From Anaerolineales bacterium (GTDB lineage: Bacteria; Chloroflexota; Anaerolineae; Anaerolineales; Villigracilaceae), in assembly GCA_014860745.1 (NCBI GenBank), contig JACZJC010000035.1, positions 10,354 through 74,353 of the forward strand: a DNA stretch of 64,000 nt. The letters are read 5' to 3'. Within the stretch, counting starts at the first letter, position 1. Each line of letters starts with the position of its first letter. Position numbers and translations under genes: made by a program. Positions 36,301-45,512 of the stretch are shown piece by piece. A model generated the notes under the pieces. That model did no database searches, was not told the DNA's origin, and saw only the letters and a program-made list of their open reading frames with translations.

Positions 36301-37255
36301 TATCCCTCAATCCTTTCGAATCGATCCCCAACCCATCAAGCAAATTTCGGATCGTGTTCCAGTGGATTCGCTCCCAGGCCGCCGGGCTGGAATTGGAATT
36401 ATGCGGGGCAAGCATCACGTTTTCCATCTTCAACAAGGGACTATCCTTCGGCAGCGGCTCCACCTCGAAGACATCCAATGCCGCACCTCCCACCTGACCT
36501 GAACGGAGCGCTGCGACGAGGGCATTTTCCTCCACGATGGGTCCGCGCGCAGTGTTGATGAGAATCGCGGAAGGCTTCATCTGCGCGAGAGTTTTGGCAT
36601 TGATGAGATGATAGGAAGTGGGATTCAAATCGCAGTTCACAGAGACAAAATCGGACTTCGCTAAAAGAGTTTCGAGATTCGTCATTTCGATTCCAGATTC
36701 GGAAATAAAGACATGGTCGATGTCGATGATGTCTGTGCCGAGGACTTTCATGCCGAAGGCTTTTGCGCGGCGGGTCACCGCCTTACCGATATTGCCAACG
36801 CCGATGATTCCCAGCGTGCACTCACTTAATGCCCTGCCGGGGATTTTCTCCCACTTTCCTTTTTTCATCTCCCTGTCCATCCATGGGCCTCTTCGTGCAA
36901 AGGCCAGCATGTAGCCGAGAACTGTGTCGGCAACGGGGGTGGTGAAAGCATTCGGCGTTCGGGCGAGAATGATTTTTAACCGGGAACAGGTTTCAGCATG
37001 GATTGAATCGACCCCTGTCCCCCATTTGGAGATGACTTTCAAACGCGGCGAACAGGCCTCCAGCACGCGCTCGGTGTAGCGGTCGTCCCCGCAAATGGCT
37101 CCGTCGAATTTGCCCGCGTACTCGAGCAGATCATCCTCTTCCATGCGCTCCCGCACATTGGGGACGATCAGGTCGATCCCATATTTTTCAAAAACAGGTT
37201 TGAAACGATCCAAAAATGGAATCATGTAGGGGGCGGTCATCAGGACAGTTGGCAT
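36293..37255 (-). CDS. D-isomer-specific 2-hydroxyacid dehydrogenase (phosphoglycerate dehydrogenase-like)
   Basis: GIIGVGNIG, INTARG, AALDVFEVEP, LAPH. Confidence 0.88.
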   Translation of the reverse strand: MPTVLMTAPYMIPFLDRFKPVFEKYGIDLIVPNVRERMEEDDLLEYAGKFDGAICGDDRYTERVLEACSPRLKVISKWGTGVDSIHAETCSRLKIILARTPNAFTTPVADTVLGYMLAFARRGPWMDREMKKGKWEKIPGRALSECTLGIIGVGNIGKAVTRRAKAFGMKVLGTDIIDIDHVFISESGIEMTNLETLLAKSDFVSVNCDLNPTSYHLINAKTLAQMKPSAILINTARGPIVEENALVAALRSGQVGGAALDVFEVEPLPKDSPLLKMENVMLAPHNSNSSPAAWERIHWNTIRNLLDGLGIDSKGLRDNV

Positions 37256-37319
37256 TTTATGTGACTCGTTGAAATGAAAATTTTATTATTCACCTTACGC
37301 AAATTTTCCTGCGTTGACC

Positions 37320-37380
37320 GTAGGGGCGACCCGCCGAGTGAAATTAAAATACCCGACAGACCTTGAAGGGTCGCCCCTGC
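37320..37380. repeat. GTAG-type REP element (ggggcgaccc family), copy 1
   Basis: gtaggggcgaccc...gggtcgcccctgc. Confidence 0.75.
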
Positions 37381-37457
37381 TGCGTAAAGTGGGTTATTTA
37401 ATGAAGGTAATTGTATCACCGGGAATGCGCGCCTAAAAAGTGGGGTATGATTCGCAA

Positions 37458-38639
37458 ATGCAAAAAACAAACGGGAAAATTAAAAACACGCTGACCCCGG
37501 GACAACTGCGGGTCTTTCATGTCATTGCATCGATCCTTGCGTTCGCGCTGATCGGCTCCCTGTTCGCGCTTCTCTTCGGAAATTTTGTAAAACCGAGAAT
37601 GGATTTTTACAACGAGTTGTGGGGGCCCGCTTATTTGCTGGTGCATGGGCAAAGCCCGTACGATACCTCCAGCCTGAATTCAAACCTGCCGGCAGCCTGG
37701 TTCCCGATGGCGATCGGATTCTTCTTCCCGCTGGGATGGCTTTCGGAACATCCTGCCCAGCAGGTCTGGTTTATTTTCAGCCTCGTTGAATTGTGCGCGG
37801 TTATTTTTATCGCGCAGGGAACCGGGCGCACCTTATACAGCTCGGCAGCGCTGGCCATGCTCTGCCTTTTTTTCCCCTCCACGCTTTACCACTTCTACAT
37901 CGGGCAAATTTCCATTACCGTTACTTTATGTTTGATCCTGGCCATACACTTGATACAAAATGACAGGCATTGGCTTGCGTCATTTTTTGTGGCGCTCGCG
38001 TTTACAAAACCGCACCTGGCATTCCTTGCCGCGCTGGGTTTTAGTTTTCATTATTATCGGCACGGAAAATGGAAAGGCATGACCGCATTCTGGGGCAGGA
38101 CTCTCATTTGGGCGTTTACATTATGCCTGCCGCTTTTTATCGCCTTCCCAAACTGGATACCGGATGCGCTGCATGCCATGACCCAAAACCCGATCTGGTC
38201 GTATCCCTCGCTGTTCGTTCTTTTCGAAAGATTTTTTGAGAAGTGGGGCTATCTGCTGTGGATTTTTACATCCTTGATCACCATCTGGATCAATCAATCC
38301 TTGTGGAAAAAATTCCAGCCGATTCATGCAACCTACTGGAGCCTGGCTCTCGCGCCGCTTGTCTCACCTTATGTTGGCAGCTGGGACTTTGTGATTCTCC
38401 TCCCTTTGTTGACATGGACCTTCGTCAGCATCGACTGGAAGCGAAAAATCATCCTCATCCTATTCTACGCCGCTGCATGGATTCAGATGGCGCAGATCCA
38501 AAAGCTGGAGGTCAGCCACAACCATTATTTCTGGTGGGTGCCGCTTTGGTTCCTCGGCCTATCCGCCCTGCTGACGAATTGGAAGGCAGTTGAACCTATA
38601 CACAGGGGCGACCCGCCCAGCGGAAGCCAAGTTGTCTGA
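37458..38639 (+). CDS. GT87 (DUF2029) family membrane glycosyltransferase
   Basis: DF..LW.PA..L..G.SPY, GQ, KPH motifs; probable leaderless start (TATGAT 6 nt before ATG 37458). Confidence 0.75.
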   Translation: MQKTNGKIKNTLTPGQLRVFHVIASILAFALIGSLFALLFGNFVKPRMDFYNELWGPAYLLVHGQSPYDTSSLNSNLPAAWFPMAIGFFFPLGWLSEHPAQQVWFIFSLVELCAVIFIAQGTGRTLYSSAALAMLCLFFPSTLYHFYIGQISITVTLCLILAIHLIQNDRHWLASFFVALAFTKPHLAFLAALGFSFHYYRHGKWKGMTAFWGRTLIWAFTLCLPLFIAFPNWIPDALHAMTQNPIWSYPSLFVLFERFFEKWGYLLWIFTSLITIWINQSLWKKFQPIHATYWSLALAPLVSPYVGSWDFVILLPLLTWTFVSIDWKRKIILILFYAAAWIQMAQIQKLEVSHNHYFWWVPLWFLGLSALLTNWKAVEPIHRGDPPSGSQVV

Positions 38640-38660
38640 TAAAACATGAAGGGTCGCCCC
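38603..38660. repeat. GTAG-type REP element (ggggcgaccc family), copy 2, containing the GT87 stop codon
   Basis: caggggcgacccgcc...tgaagggtcgcccc, same orientation as copy 1. Confidence 0.75.
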
Positions 38661-38926
38661 AAGGTCCTCCTGTCAACATCGATATAGACTATTCTGTTGG
38701 TCACCTTGCTGTCCGCCCCCGCATAGTAGCCATAAAGCATTTCGCGGGGACCCCTATCCATAAAATCTTGCGCGCTATATTTCTTTTCAGTCAAATTTTG
38801 TAAGAGATAGTTTTTGTACAATCGCACCAGCCCAATCCCACCTGTGGCAAGAAATCCCCACACCAAACCACCCACAATAAATCCTATCACCACGAACCAG
38901 ATCAGTACTTTTTTAAATCTCTTCAC
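38661..38926 (-). pseudogene. AT-rich membrane-anchored protein fragment, probably 3'-truncated at the REP element
   Basis: GTG start, N-terminal TM helix; the frame runs into the REP and overlaps the opposite-strand gene. Confidence 0.3.
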
Positions 38927-38975
38927 AACTCCACGATATCACAAATCAAAAACGTTTCAAAGTAACAACAAAATG

Positions 38976-39977
38976 TTAATCATTAGCAGCGACATTCCTC
39001 GCATACAAATATCTAGCCGTTCTACCGTCCTTATCCATGAAGCAAATATATCCTTCAGACGATGGCTGAACTGATTTACTAGATTCTCCAGGAAGGTAAT
39101 AACTTACAACAAGTCCTTCTTTCCCATTTCCTGTAGCTAAGTATAAAGCGGAAGCAGAACCAGTTTGATAGCCTGGCATTTCTTCACTTATCATTCTCAT
39201 TAGACGTCCGAACGCACTGTGTGCAGTATCACGATCAACTGGGACACCTCCACTAAACTCCACCAATTTGCCAACACTCAATAACACGCTTTGGCCGTTT
39301 TCATCCACCATCTTGCTCCAATCCCACACAATCTCAGTATTTCCCATTTCAGCTATTTCTATACTCGGGTCATTTGCATCTTGGAGGACTAGTTTGCCAT
39401 CTTTATACACCCATTGAGTATCGCCCGCCTCAAACCCATATGTTTCGGGGTTATTGCGCCCTGTCCAGTCCAATTTCTCTTTGTAGTTTAAATCGTCTGG
39501 CGGCACCAGCCTATCCACTCGCTGTCCATCGGATTTATCCGTGTCACTCTCATCAAATTCAAGCCCCACCCCATTTGGCAAGCGGAGCAGCGCCTCGACC
39601 CACTCGCCGTCATCATTTAGCTCGTAGCCATCCACCTGTACGCCGTCCGGACCTAGGTGCACCGCACTGGGATCAACTACTACATCTTCACCGTTCACAT
39701 CAATTGTCATCACGCCTTTGGGATCGACTTGAAGTCCTGGGACTGAAACTCCGCCGTCCTGTACTGTTCCATCAGTCATGAGCGTAAATCGCTCGCCCGA
39801 GGCGGCGATGGATTCTTGCAATGCGATAAATTGTGGATGCAGAGTTGGCGTGGGAATCACCGTCGCTGTGGGCGGCAAGGTGACAGTCACCTCCGAGGTG
39901 ACTGTCACCTGTGAGGAGCAAGCCGCGAGCATGGTTGAAGAAGCAAAACAAAAAAGCAGCAGGAATATTTTTTTCAT
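38976..39977 (-). CDS. Hypothetical lipoprotein with T/P linker and AT-rich C-terminal half
   Basis: Lipobox LAAC, TVTLPPTATVIPTPT linker; GGAG SD before ATG 39977. Confidence 0.7.
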   Translation of the reverse strand: MKKIFLLLFCFASSTMLAACSSQVTVTSEVTVTLPPTATVIPTPTLHPQFIALQESIAASGERFTLMTDGTVQDGGVSVPGLQVDPKGVMTIDVNGEDVVVDPSAVHLGPDGVQVDGYELNDDGEWVEALLRLPNGVGLEFDESDTDKSDGQRVDRLVPPDDLNYKEKLDWTGRNNPETYGFEAGDTQWVYKDGKLVLQDANDPSIEIAEMGNTEIVWDWSKMVDENGQSVLLSVGKLVEFSGGVPVDRDTAHSAFGRLMRMISEEMPGYQTGSASALYLATGNGKEGLVVSYYLPGESSKSVQPSSEGYICFMDKDGRTARYLYARNVAAND

Positions 39978-40031
39978 GGCAAACTCCAATAGGCTTTATC
40001 GAAAATAATATGCCAACACCGTCCCGAAGGC

Positions 40032-40077
40032 GTTGTCCTGAGCGTGTCGAAGGGGTTGTCCTGAGCGTGTCGAAGGG
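40032..40077. repeat. Tandem duplication of a 23-bp repeat unit
   Basis: gttgtcctgagcgtgtcgaaggg x2; 21 nt of it recur at 41757-41777 with one mismatch. Confidence 0.85.
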
Positions 40078-40152
40078 GTTGCCGTCATGCTCTCAACCTT
40101 CTCGAATTAAACCTCACCGCACTGGCGCGCGGCGCAAGTGTCGGGACGCTTA

Positions 40153-41688
40153 TCACTTCCCGCAAGTAATGGGCATCTCTTTAAAATCGTACAAATTGGG
40201 GACGGGCGAGAAATAACTTTTATCTTCCAGCATTTCATAATCGCCGCCGAAATACGAGTTGAATATCAACCGAAATGTGTTGACGGGTGTAATGGTCGGA
40301 TACAGTTCATCTTCATGTCCGGGCAAATAATACGCATTGAAGATCCACATGCGGCGGTCCTTGGGCTGCATCCATGCGCCGTGGTCACCTTGAAGCACGA
40401 TCACAGGCGGCGTATCGGATTCAGTCAGAATCGTATCGATGGCTTCCAGTATTTTCGTATTCAAAAACGTCAATTGCCCGGTATACCCTCTTTGATAATC
40501 GTCATAGGGATATTCCCGTTGCTCATTCCAGAAATCGGGCGGGTAGTTCGGGTTCCCCTCCGCATCGAACACGAAGGGCGGATGCGGCGAGATCAAATGG
40601 ATGTATGAAAACTGCGGGCCGGGCATATTTGCAAGCTCGTCCATGCTGTCGAACACATTGTTGAAGCGGTCGCGGAAACTTTGTCCCATCACCGCATCGG
40701 GATCCACCCAGCCCCATTCCTGCGCATAGCGCGCGAGGGTGGTCCGCAAGAAGAGACCTTCGAACTCGGTCAGCCCTGAACTGAAAGGCGGAGGGGTGAT
40801 GAAATGATCGGCATCCTCCAATTCATTCCACGCGAAACCTGTCGCATAATTGACCGTCTCATAGCCCAGGATCTCGAAATTATGACGGACAGCGCTGTGC
40901 TTGAGCGAATTCCACAACGTCCGCCGCGCGGTGCTTTCAGGCTTGAATTCATCGTCCAGTTCGGGGAGATACATCATGTTCAAGGAGGAGGCCAGGGAAA
41001 TTTCCGTCCGCACATAATTGCTCTGGCTGCATCCCGCAACATAAAATCCGCGTTCCTCCAAAGCTTTTATAAACTCAGAGTTATCGTAATCGTATACCGT
41101 CCTAAGGAAATCTTCGCGGGCATACGAATCAAGGATGATGTAATACACGTCCGGCGGATTCTGCGGCAGGGTCAGATCGTCCTGCACGGGAGCATTGTCA
41201 GCGCCCAACGCCTGTACGCCTCGCGGCTCACTCTCGAGCAGGATCTGCCCCACAGACATGACCAGCAGCGCAAGCGTGATCGTATTAAATGTCGTCGTGG
41301 AGGCAGCAAACGCCGCTTTTGAGCGCAGCACCCAGAGGAGGGAAAAAACGAAAAGAACGATCCATCCCATTGCAAGCCAGAGCGTGTAATTCGCGCCGGG
41401 GTATTTTTCATCGATGGCAATATAGATATGCCCATAGCTGAAGAACAATGCCAGCCATATCGTGGTCAGCAGCGCGGATTTATACACCTGCCGCATCACC
41501 AGCCAGACCAGAAAATATAGTATCCCGCCGAACACAACCGACACAAACAGGGAGCGTATCCCCGCCGAAAGCAGAACCTGCCCCACATTTGTGGAAAGCA
41601 GAGCCAGCGCCGGGTAGGCGCTGATGGCAATGGGATACCACGGAATATTAAACACACCCGCAGTTACTTTTTTCATAAAACTTATCAT
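40153..41688 (-). CDS. Membrane-anchored alkaline-phosphatase-superfamily (sulfatase/LtaS-like) protein
   Basis: N-terminal TM bundle; YYIILDSY, S.Y..T..SL.S.LN, HLISPHPPF, QGDHG. Confidence 0.7.
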   Translation of the reverse strand: MISFMKKVTAGVFNIPWYPIAISAYPALALLSTNVGQVLLSAGIRSLFVSVVFGGILYFLVWLVMRQVYKSALLTTIWLALFFSYGHIYIAIDEKYPGANYTLWLAMGWIVLFVFSLLWVLRSKAAFAASTTTFNTITLALLVMSVGQILLESEPRGVQALGADNAPVQDDLTLPQNPPDVYYIILDSYAREDFLRTVYDYDNSEFIKALEERGFYVAGCSQSNYVRTEISLASSLNMMYLPELDDEFKPESTARRTLWNSLKHSAVRHNFEILGYETVNYATGFAWNELEDADHFITPPPFSSGLTEFEGLFLRTTLARYAQEWGWVDPDAVMGQSFRDRFNNVFDSMDELANMPGPQFSYIHLISPHPPFVFDAEGNPNYPPDFWNEQREYPYDDYQRGYTGQLTFLNTKILEAIDTILTESDTPPVIVLQGDHGAWMQPKDRRMWIFNAYYLPGHEDELYPTITPVNTFRLIFNSYFGGDYEMLEDKSYFSPVPNLYDFKEMPITCGK

Positions 41689-41722
41689 GTCCTTATTGGT
41701 AAATGATCACTCGCTCCAATTT

Positions 41723-41836
41723 ATGTCGTTGCGAGGAGGGTGTACTTCCCGACGCCTGTCCTGAGCTTGTCGAAGGGAAGCAATCTCCTCTTCCGAACGG
41801 GGGATTGCTTCGGGAAGATCACCCTCGCAATGACAT
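41723..41836. repeat. GTCATTGCGAG family palindrome, copy 2, with a nested second repeat
   Basis: atgtcgttgcgagg...cctcgcaatgacat; nested tgtcctgagcttgtcgaaggg at 41757-41777. Confidence 0.85.
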
Positions 41837-41851
41837 ATGCGCGCTGGGAAA

Positions 41852-43891
41852 TCACTCGCAAACTTTCTTCTCGATAAAATCCTTCACTTCATCCTTCAGC
41901 GTTTCCTTCTTCATAAAGTCCGTCATAATTTCACAAGCCTGCAACCCCACATACTTATCCACGGTCACCAGTTTTGTGGTGCTGCGCAACTTCTCCATGT
42001 CGGCGGTCATGGCAAACGCCTGCAGGAAGGGCATCCACTCCAAACCGTCATTGGGGTAATAGCCATTCTCCAGCGCCTCCTTCAACATGCGCGGAATCGC
42101 GTCCCATTCGCCACGCTGGCGGGCCAGGTCCGCTTTTTGGTAGGTGTAGCACCAGCCGCGTTCAGGCTCTTTGCCAAAGACCAGCTCCGGCGGAGTCTGA
42201 GGCGGCCCATCCACCGCCACGCGATCCAATCCGGAGAACGGCGCAATCAGCTTCAAGCGATAGTCGTCATAGGGCGATACTTCAGGCAGGTCGCCGTCGA
42301 TGAATCGCACGCATCCATTCGGGCTGGATTGAATGATCACAAGAACATTATCGAAATCGCGCTCGAGATAATTTCCGCGGCGCAGCGGAGTTTCCAACCC
42401 GCCGTTCGTGGTGATATTCAACACCGCATCATCCGTCAAAATGGAGGAAGGCAGTTTTATTCGAACGGGATTGTTCGCCTGCTTTTCAGGATAATAAATT
42501 AAATTCGCGGGTCCCCAAATAAAATAATCTTCGCCCAGCGAACCGCCCGGGTACGAAACGATCAACGTCACGCCTTCTTCGATCATCGGCGCGCGCCACG
42601 CCGCCTGCCACCAAAAATTTCGTGTGGCGGCAGTTTCATTCACATAGCGGATCGTATTCCCGTAGTGGGTCGTCACGGCAATCGCTGCAAAAATAGAAAG
42701 CACTGTAATCTGCACAACCCGCGCAGAAATATTTTCGATGATCAACATCAAAAGCAACACCGCACCCACAGAAGCGATCAATGTATAGCGCGAATAATCG
42801 GGCAGGGTGACGTGGCGATTCACAAAGATGACCGGGAGCAGTCCGCCGACGATACCGACCAGGCCGAGCACCAATGCCTCCCGCCTCATTCCCCGCTCTG
42901 AACCTGCCTGCGTTTCAGCATCATTCTCCCCCATCTGACGCATTCCCAAAACCACAAGCAAAGCTGCCAGCGCCGCCCACCCGAACGCAGACATGATATC
43001 GCGCAGGCGCAGGGGAAAGGCCAGCACGTACATCGGGAGTCCCCACGCCACCAACGTCACACTGAAAAAATCCTGGATCAAATAATTCAACCACCACAGC
43101 GCGGTCAATGGATCGGAAAACAACTGCGAGAACTGCAATCCAATATCCGTGGCCCTGCGCTCGGACTCAAAAAAGAACAAACGCCAGACGAGAAATCCAG
43201 CGGCAATGCTAAAAAACGGAATACCGGCAGATACTGCTCTGACAGTTTTTTGACGGAAGGATTCAGCCTGCGGCCTCCACATCAAAACAAAAATGCAGGC
43301 GAAGCGAAAGGCCTCGATGCCAATGAAATATTCCATCTGGCTCAGGTAAGCCCAGCCCACCAGGATCGAACCCGCCATGAACAAGATGCGCGGCGTCCGC
43401 TCCGCAGTGAAGAGCGATTTAACCGTCAACGCAACCGAAAGGAGCGCAAGGAACAAGCCAAGGATGTGAGATTGGTAATCGATGGCATTGGGCTGGGAGA
43501 GAAAGCCGGGGTAAACGGTGAACAAAAGCGCGGCGGCAAGGGTGGAAAATTTCTTTGCAGGCCAAAGCAGCCGCAGGGTCCAAAACAGACAGACCCCGCC
43601 CAAAAAGCGGAACAGGAAGGCGCTCAAGTTATAGGGCAAGGGGTCGAACCCAAACATGGAAAACAGGGGAATCATCGCAAAGGCGCGGCCGGGGCGGTCG
43701 ATGGCAAAAATCTCGTGGAAGAAACCAGGCTCTTTCACCTGCATGTCGTACATCAGATACCAATCATCGTTGAGATACCCCAGGTCTTTGACCAAAGGCA
43801 GGTATGCAATAGCAGAGACGATGAGAATCAGCAGGACGCCCTGCCAGAAAGGGGTGAGTTTATTTTTGGGAGTCAGCATTTTGTGTACCAT
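41852..43891 (-). CDS. GT-C-like polytopic membrane protein (paralog of 60166-62202); start uncertain (43879/43891/43915)
   Basis: GYLNDDWY first-loop motif, DRP, YPGFLSQPNAIDY, EDYF.WGPANLIY. Confidence 0.7.
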   Translation of the reverse strand: MVHKMLTPKNKLTPFWQGVLLILIVSAIAYLPLVKDLGYLNDDWYLMYDMQVKEPGFFHEIFAIDRPGRAFAMIPLFSMFGFDPLPYNLSAFLFRFLGGVCLFWTLRLLWPAKKFSTLAAALLFTVYPGFLSQPNAIDYQSHILGLFLALLSVALTVKSLFTAERTPRILFMAGSILVGWAYLSQMEYFIGIEAFRFACIFVLMWRPQAESFRQKTVRAVSAGIPFFSIAAGFLVWRLFFFESERRATDIGLQFSQLFSDPLTALWWLNYLIQDFFSVTLVAWGLPMYVLAFPLRLRDIMSAFGWAALAALLVVLGMRQMGENDAETQAGSERGMRREALVLGLVGIVGGLLPVIFVNRHVTLPDYSRYTLIASVGAVLLLMLIIENISARVVQITVLSIFAAIAVTTHYGNTIRYVNETAATRNFWWQAAWRAPMIEEGVTLIVSYPGGSLGEDYFIWGPANLIYYPEKQANNPVRIKLPSSILTDDAVLNITTNGGLETPLRRGNYLERDFDNVLVIIQSSPNGCVRFIDGDLPEVSPYDDYRLKLIAPFSGLDRVAVDGPPQTPPELVFGKEPERGWCYTYQKADLARQRGEWDAIPRMLKEALENGYYPNDGLEWMPFLQAFAMTADMEKLRSTTKLVTVDKYVGLQACEIMTDFMKKETLKDEVKDFIEKKVCE

Positions 43892-43909
43892 GGCACTTTT
43901 GTTGCGCAT

Positions 43910-43929
43910 GTGCAAGATAAATCTTGCAC
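43910..43929. repeat. Short palindrome (REP-like)
   Basis: gtgcaagat-aa-atcttgcac followed by tac, at the gene junction. Confidence 0.5.
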
Positions 43930-44591
43930 TACTTCCTTTTCCTCATCAAAAAATCTGTAATTTCGAAATCCAACTCTTCGTCGATATCCCAGGCTTCCGC
44001 TGCATCGACCTCTAACATCAGGGGCTTGTCGCCGATGCGGTGATGTTTTCGCGCCAGATTCTCGCGGGTGAAAATGTAGAGGCAGGAATTTTCTTCGTAG
44101 ACGGGCGGCAGGTCTTGGGTCTGGATCAATTCCAGCGGATTGTGATTGATGGCGCGTCCGTCCTGAAAATACAACCGCGTTTGCAGGCGGGTGACGGAGA
44201 AAAGAGAGTCGTAGGCTGGGTAATGGGTAAACAGGGATTGGATGGCGCGTGAGATGGTATCGGCTTTCAACAGCGGATTCGTGCTGTGAGTCTGCAAATA
44301 GAATTCCGCGTTTACCTGGGCGGTGTCGTGCAGGAGGATCTCGTTCATCGGCACATCGTCGGCGCGGAGATGCTCGGGGCGTTGGATCAGCTTCACAGCG
44401 GGAAAGAGGCGGCGCACGCCTTCCATCACCGGCTCGGAGTCGGTATCCACCATCACCAATTCGATCTCGGGCACGGCTAACAGAGTCTCGATGATATGTT
44501 GAAAAAGGGGTTTGCCCGCAAGCGGGCGGAAGTTTTTTCCGGGCACGCGCTGGCTGTGGTGGCGCATGGGGACAAGGGCGGCAAGTTTCAT
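43929..44591 (-). CDS. Acylneuraminate cytidylyltransferase family protein (second copy)
   Basis: VPMR.HS.RVPGKN.R.LAGKPL, DTDS, LQTHSTNP, DID. Confidence 0.88.
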   Translation of the reverse strand: MKLAALVPMRHHSQRVPGKNFRPLAGKPLFQHIIETLLAVPEIELVMVDTDSEPVMEGVRRLFPAVKLIQRPEHLRADDVPMNEILLHDTAQVNAEFYLQTHSTNPLLKADTISRAIQSLFTHYPAYDSLFSVTRLQTRLYFQDGRAINHNPLELIQTQDLPPVYEENSCLYIFTRENLARKHHRIGDKPLMLEVDAAEAWDIDEELDFEITDFLMRKRK

Positions 44592-44613
44592 TTAGGTTGC
44601 TCTCAGCGGCGTC

Positions 44614-44637
44614 CTCGCCGCCGGGGACGGCGGCGAG
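44614..44637. repeat. GC-rich stem-loop (REP-like)
   Basis: ctcgccgcc-ggggac-ggcggcgag. Confidence 0.45.
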
Positions 44638-44687
44638 AGCACGGGATATGATGCCCCCTATTTTATACCCTTAATGGGCACTACGTC

Positions 44688-45512
44688 TTACAACGTCAGG
44701 GACATCTGCCACTGCGAAAGCGTTTCGGGCATCATGCCGACCTGCTCGAAGATGAATCCCATTTCTTCGGGATAGATGGGCGAGACATGCCAGATTTTGT
44801 TTGGGTATTTTGCGAAGAGCGAACGCAGCAGAACGCCGCTGAGACCTGCTCCGCGCGACCGCGCCTTGACCAGCACCGAGGAGATTGATATGTCGGTCGC
44901 ATCGGGGTTACTGATGAGGCAGTAGGCGTCATTAAGGCGGAAGGCGCGCGATGGAGGAGTATGCTGCATGATGGTCGTTCCGGAGAGCTGCCAGGGCAGG
45001 TCTTTGATGCCATGATAGGTGACCTGCCTTGCCAGATCACGGATATCGATTTCTTCCAAATCATGCGCGGAATCTGCCTGCGGATTTTCGAGTTTGTATC
45101 CCACCAGCCTGCGGATTTTTTGGAAGCCGACTTTTTCGTATAACTTCACGCCCGCTGTATTCTGCTCGATGACTTCGAGAACCATCTCCTTTTCGCCGCG
45201 CGCTTTGGCTTCTTCGATGAGATTTTGCATTGCCCAGGTGCCCGCGCCACCACTGCGGGAATTTGACACAATGCCCATTGCCGCGAGACGGCTCGTCCAA
45301 CCGCGGCGGGCGATGAAGCCAATGCCGATCGGCTCTTCGTCCTTCACAAGCACGCGGCTGGAGCTTAGGTCGATGCCATCGCGGCGAAGCATGGTGATCA
45401 TGACCGCTTCTGTGATGTGGATAGGAACAAAATATCCTTCAAAGCCGCGGGTCATTAAGTCCGCGAGAAAGGAGATGGAATATTCAGAGGCGGGTTTTAG
45501 GGAAAGGGTCAT
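44688..45512 (-). CDS. GNAT family N-acetyltransferase (tandem GNAT folds)
   Basis: MGIV...R.GG.G, LEVIEQN..GVKLYEKVGF, V...RSRGAG. Confidence 0.85.
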   Translation of the reverse strand: MTLSLKPASEYSISFLADLMTRGFEGYFVPIHITEAVMITMLRRDGIDLSSSRVLVKDEEPIGIGFIARRGWTSRLAAMGIVSNSRSGGAGTWAMQNLIEEAKARGEKEMVLEVIEQNTAGVKLYEKVGFQKIRRLVGYKLENPQADSAHDLEEIDIRDLARQVTYHGIKDLPWQLSGTTIMQHTPPSRAFRLNDAYCLISNPDATDISISSVLVKARSRGAGLSGVLLRSLFAKYPNKIWHVSPIYPEEMGFIFEQVGMMPETLSQWQMSLTL

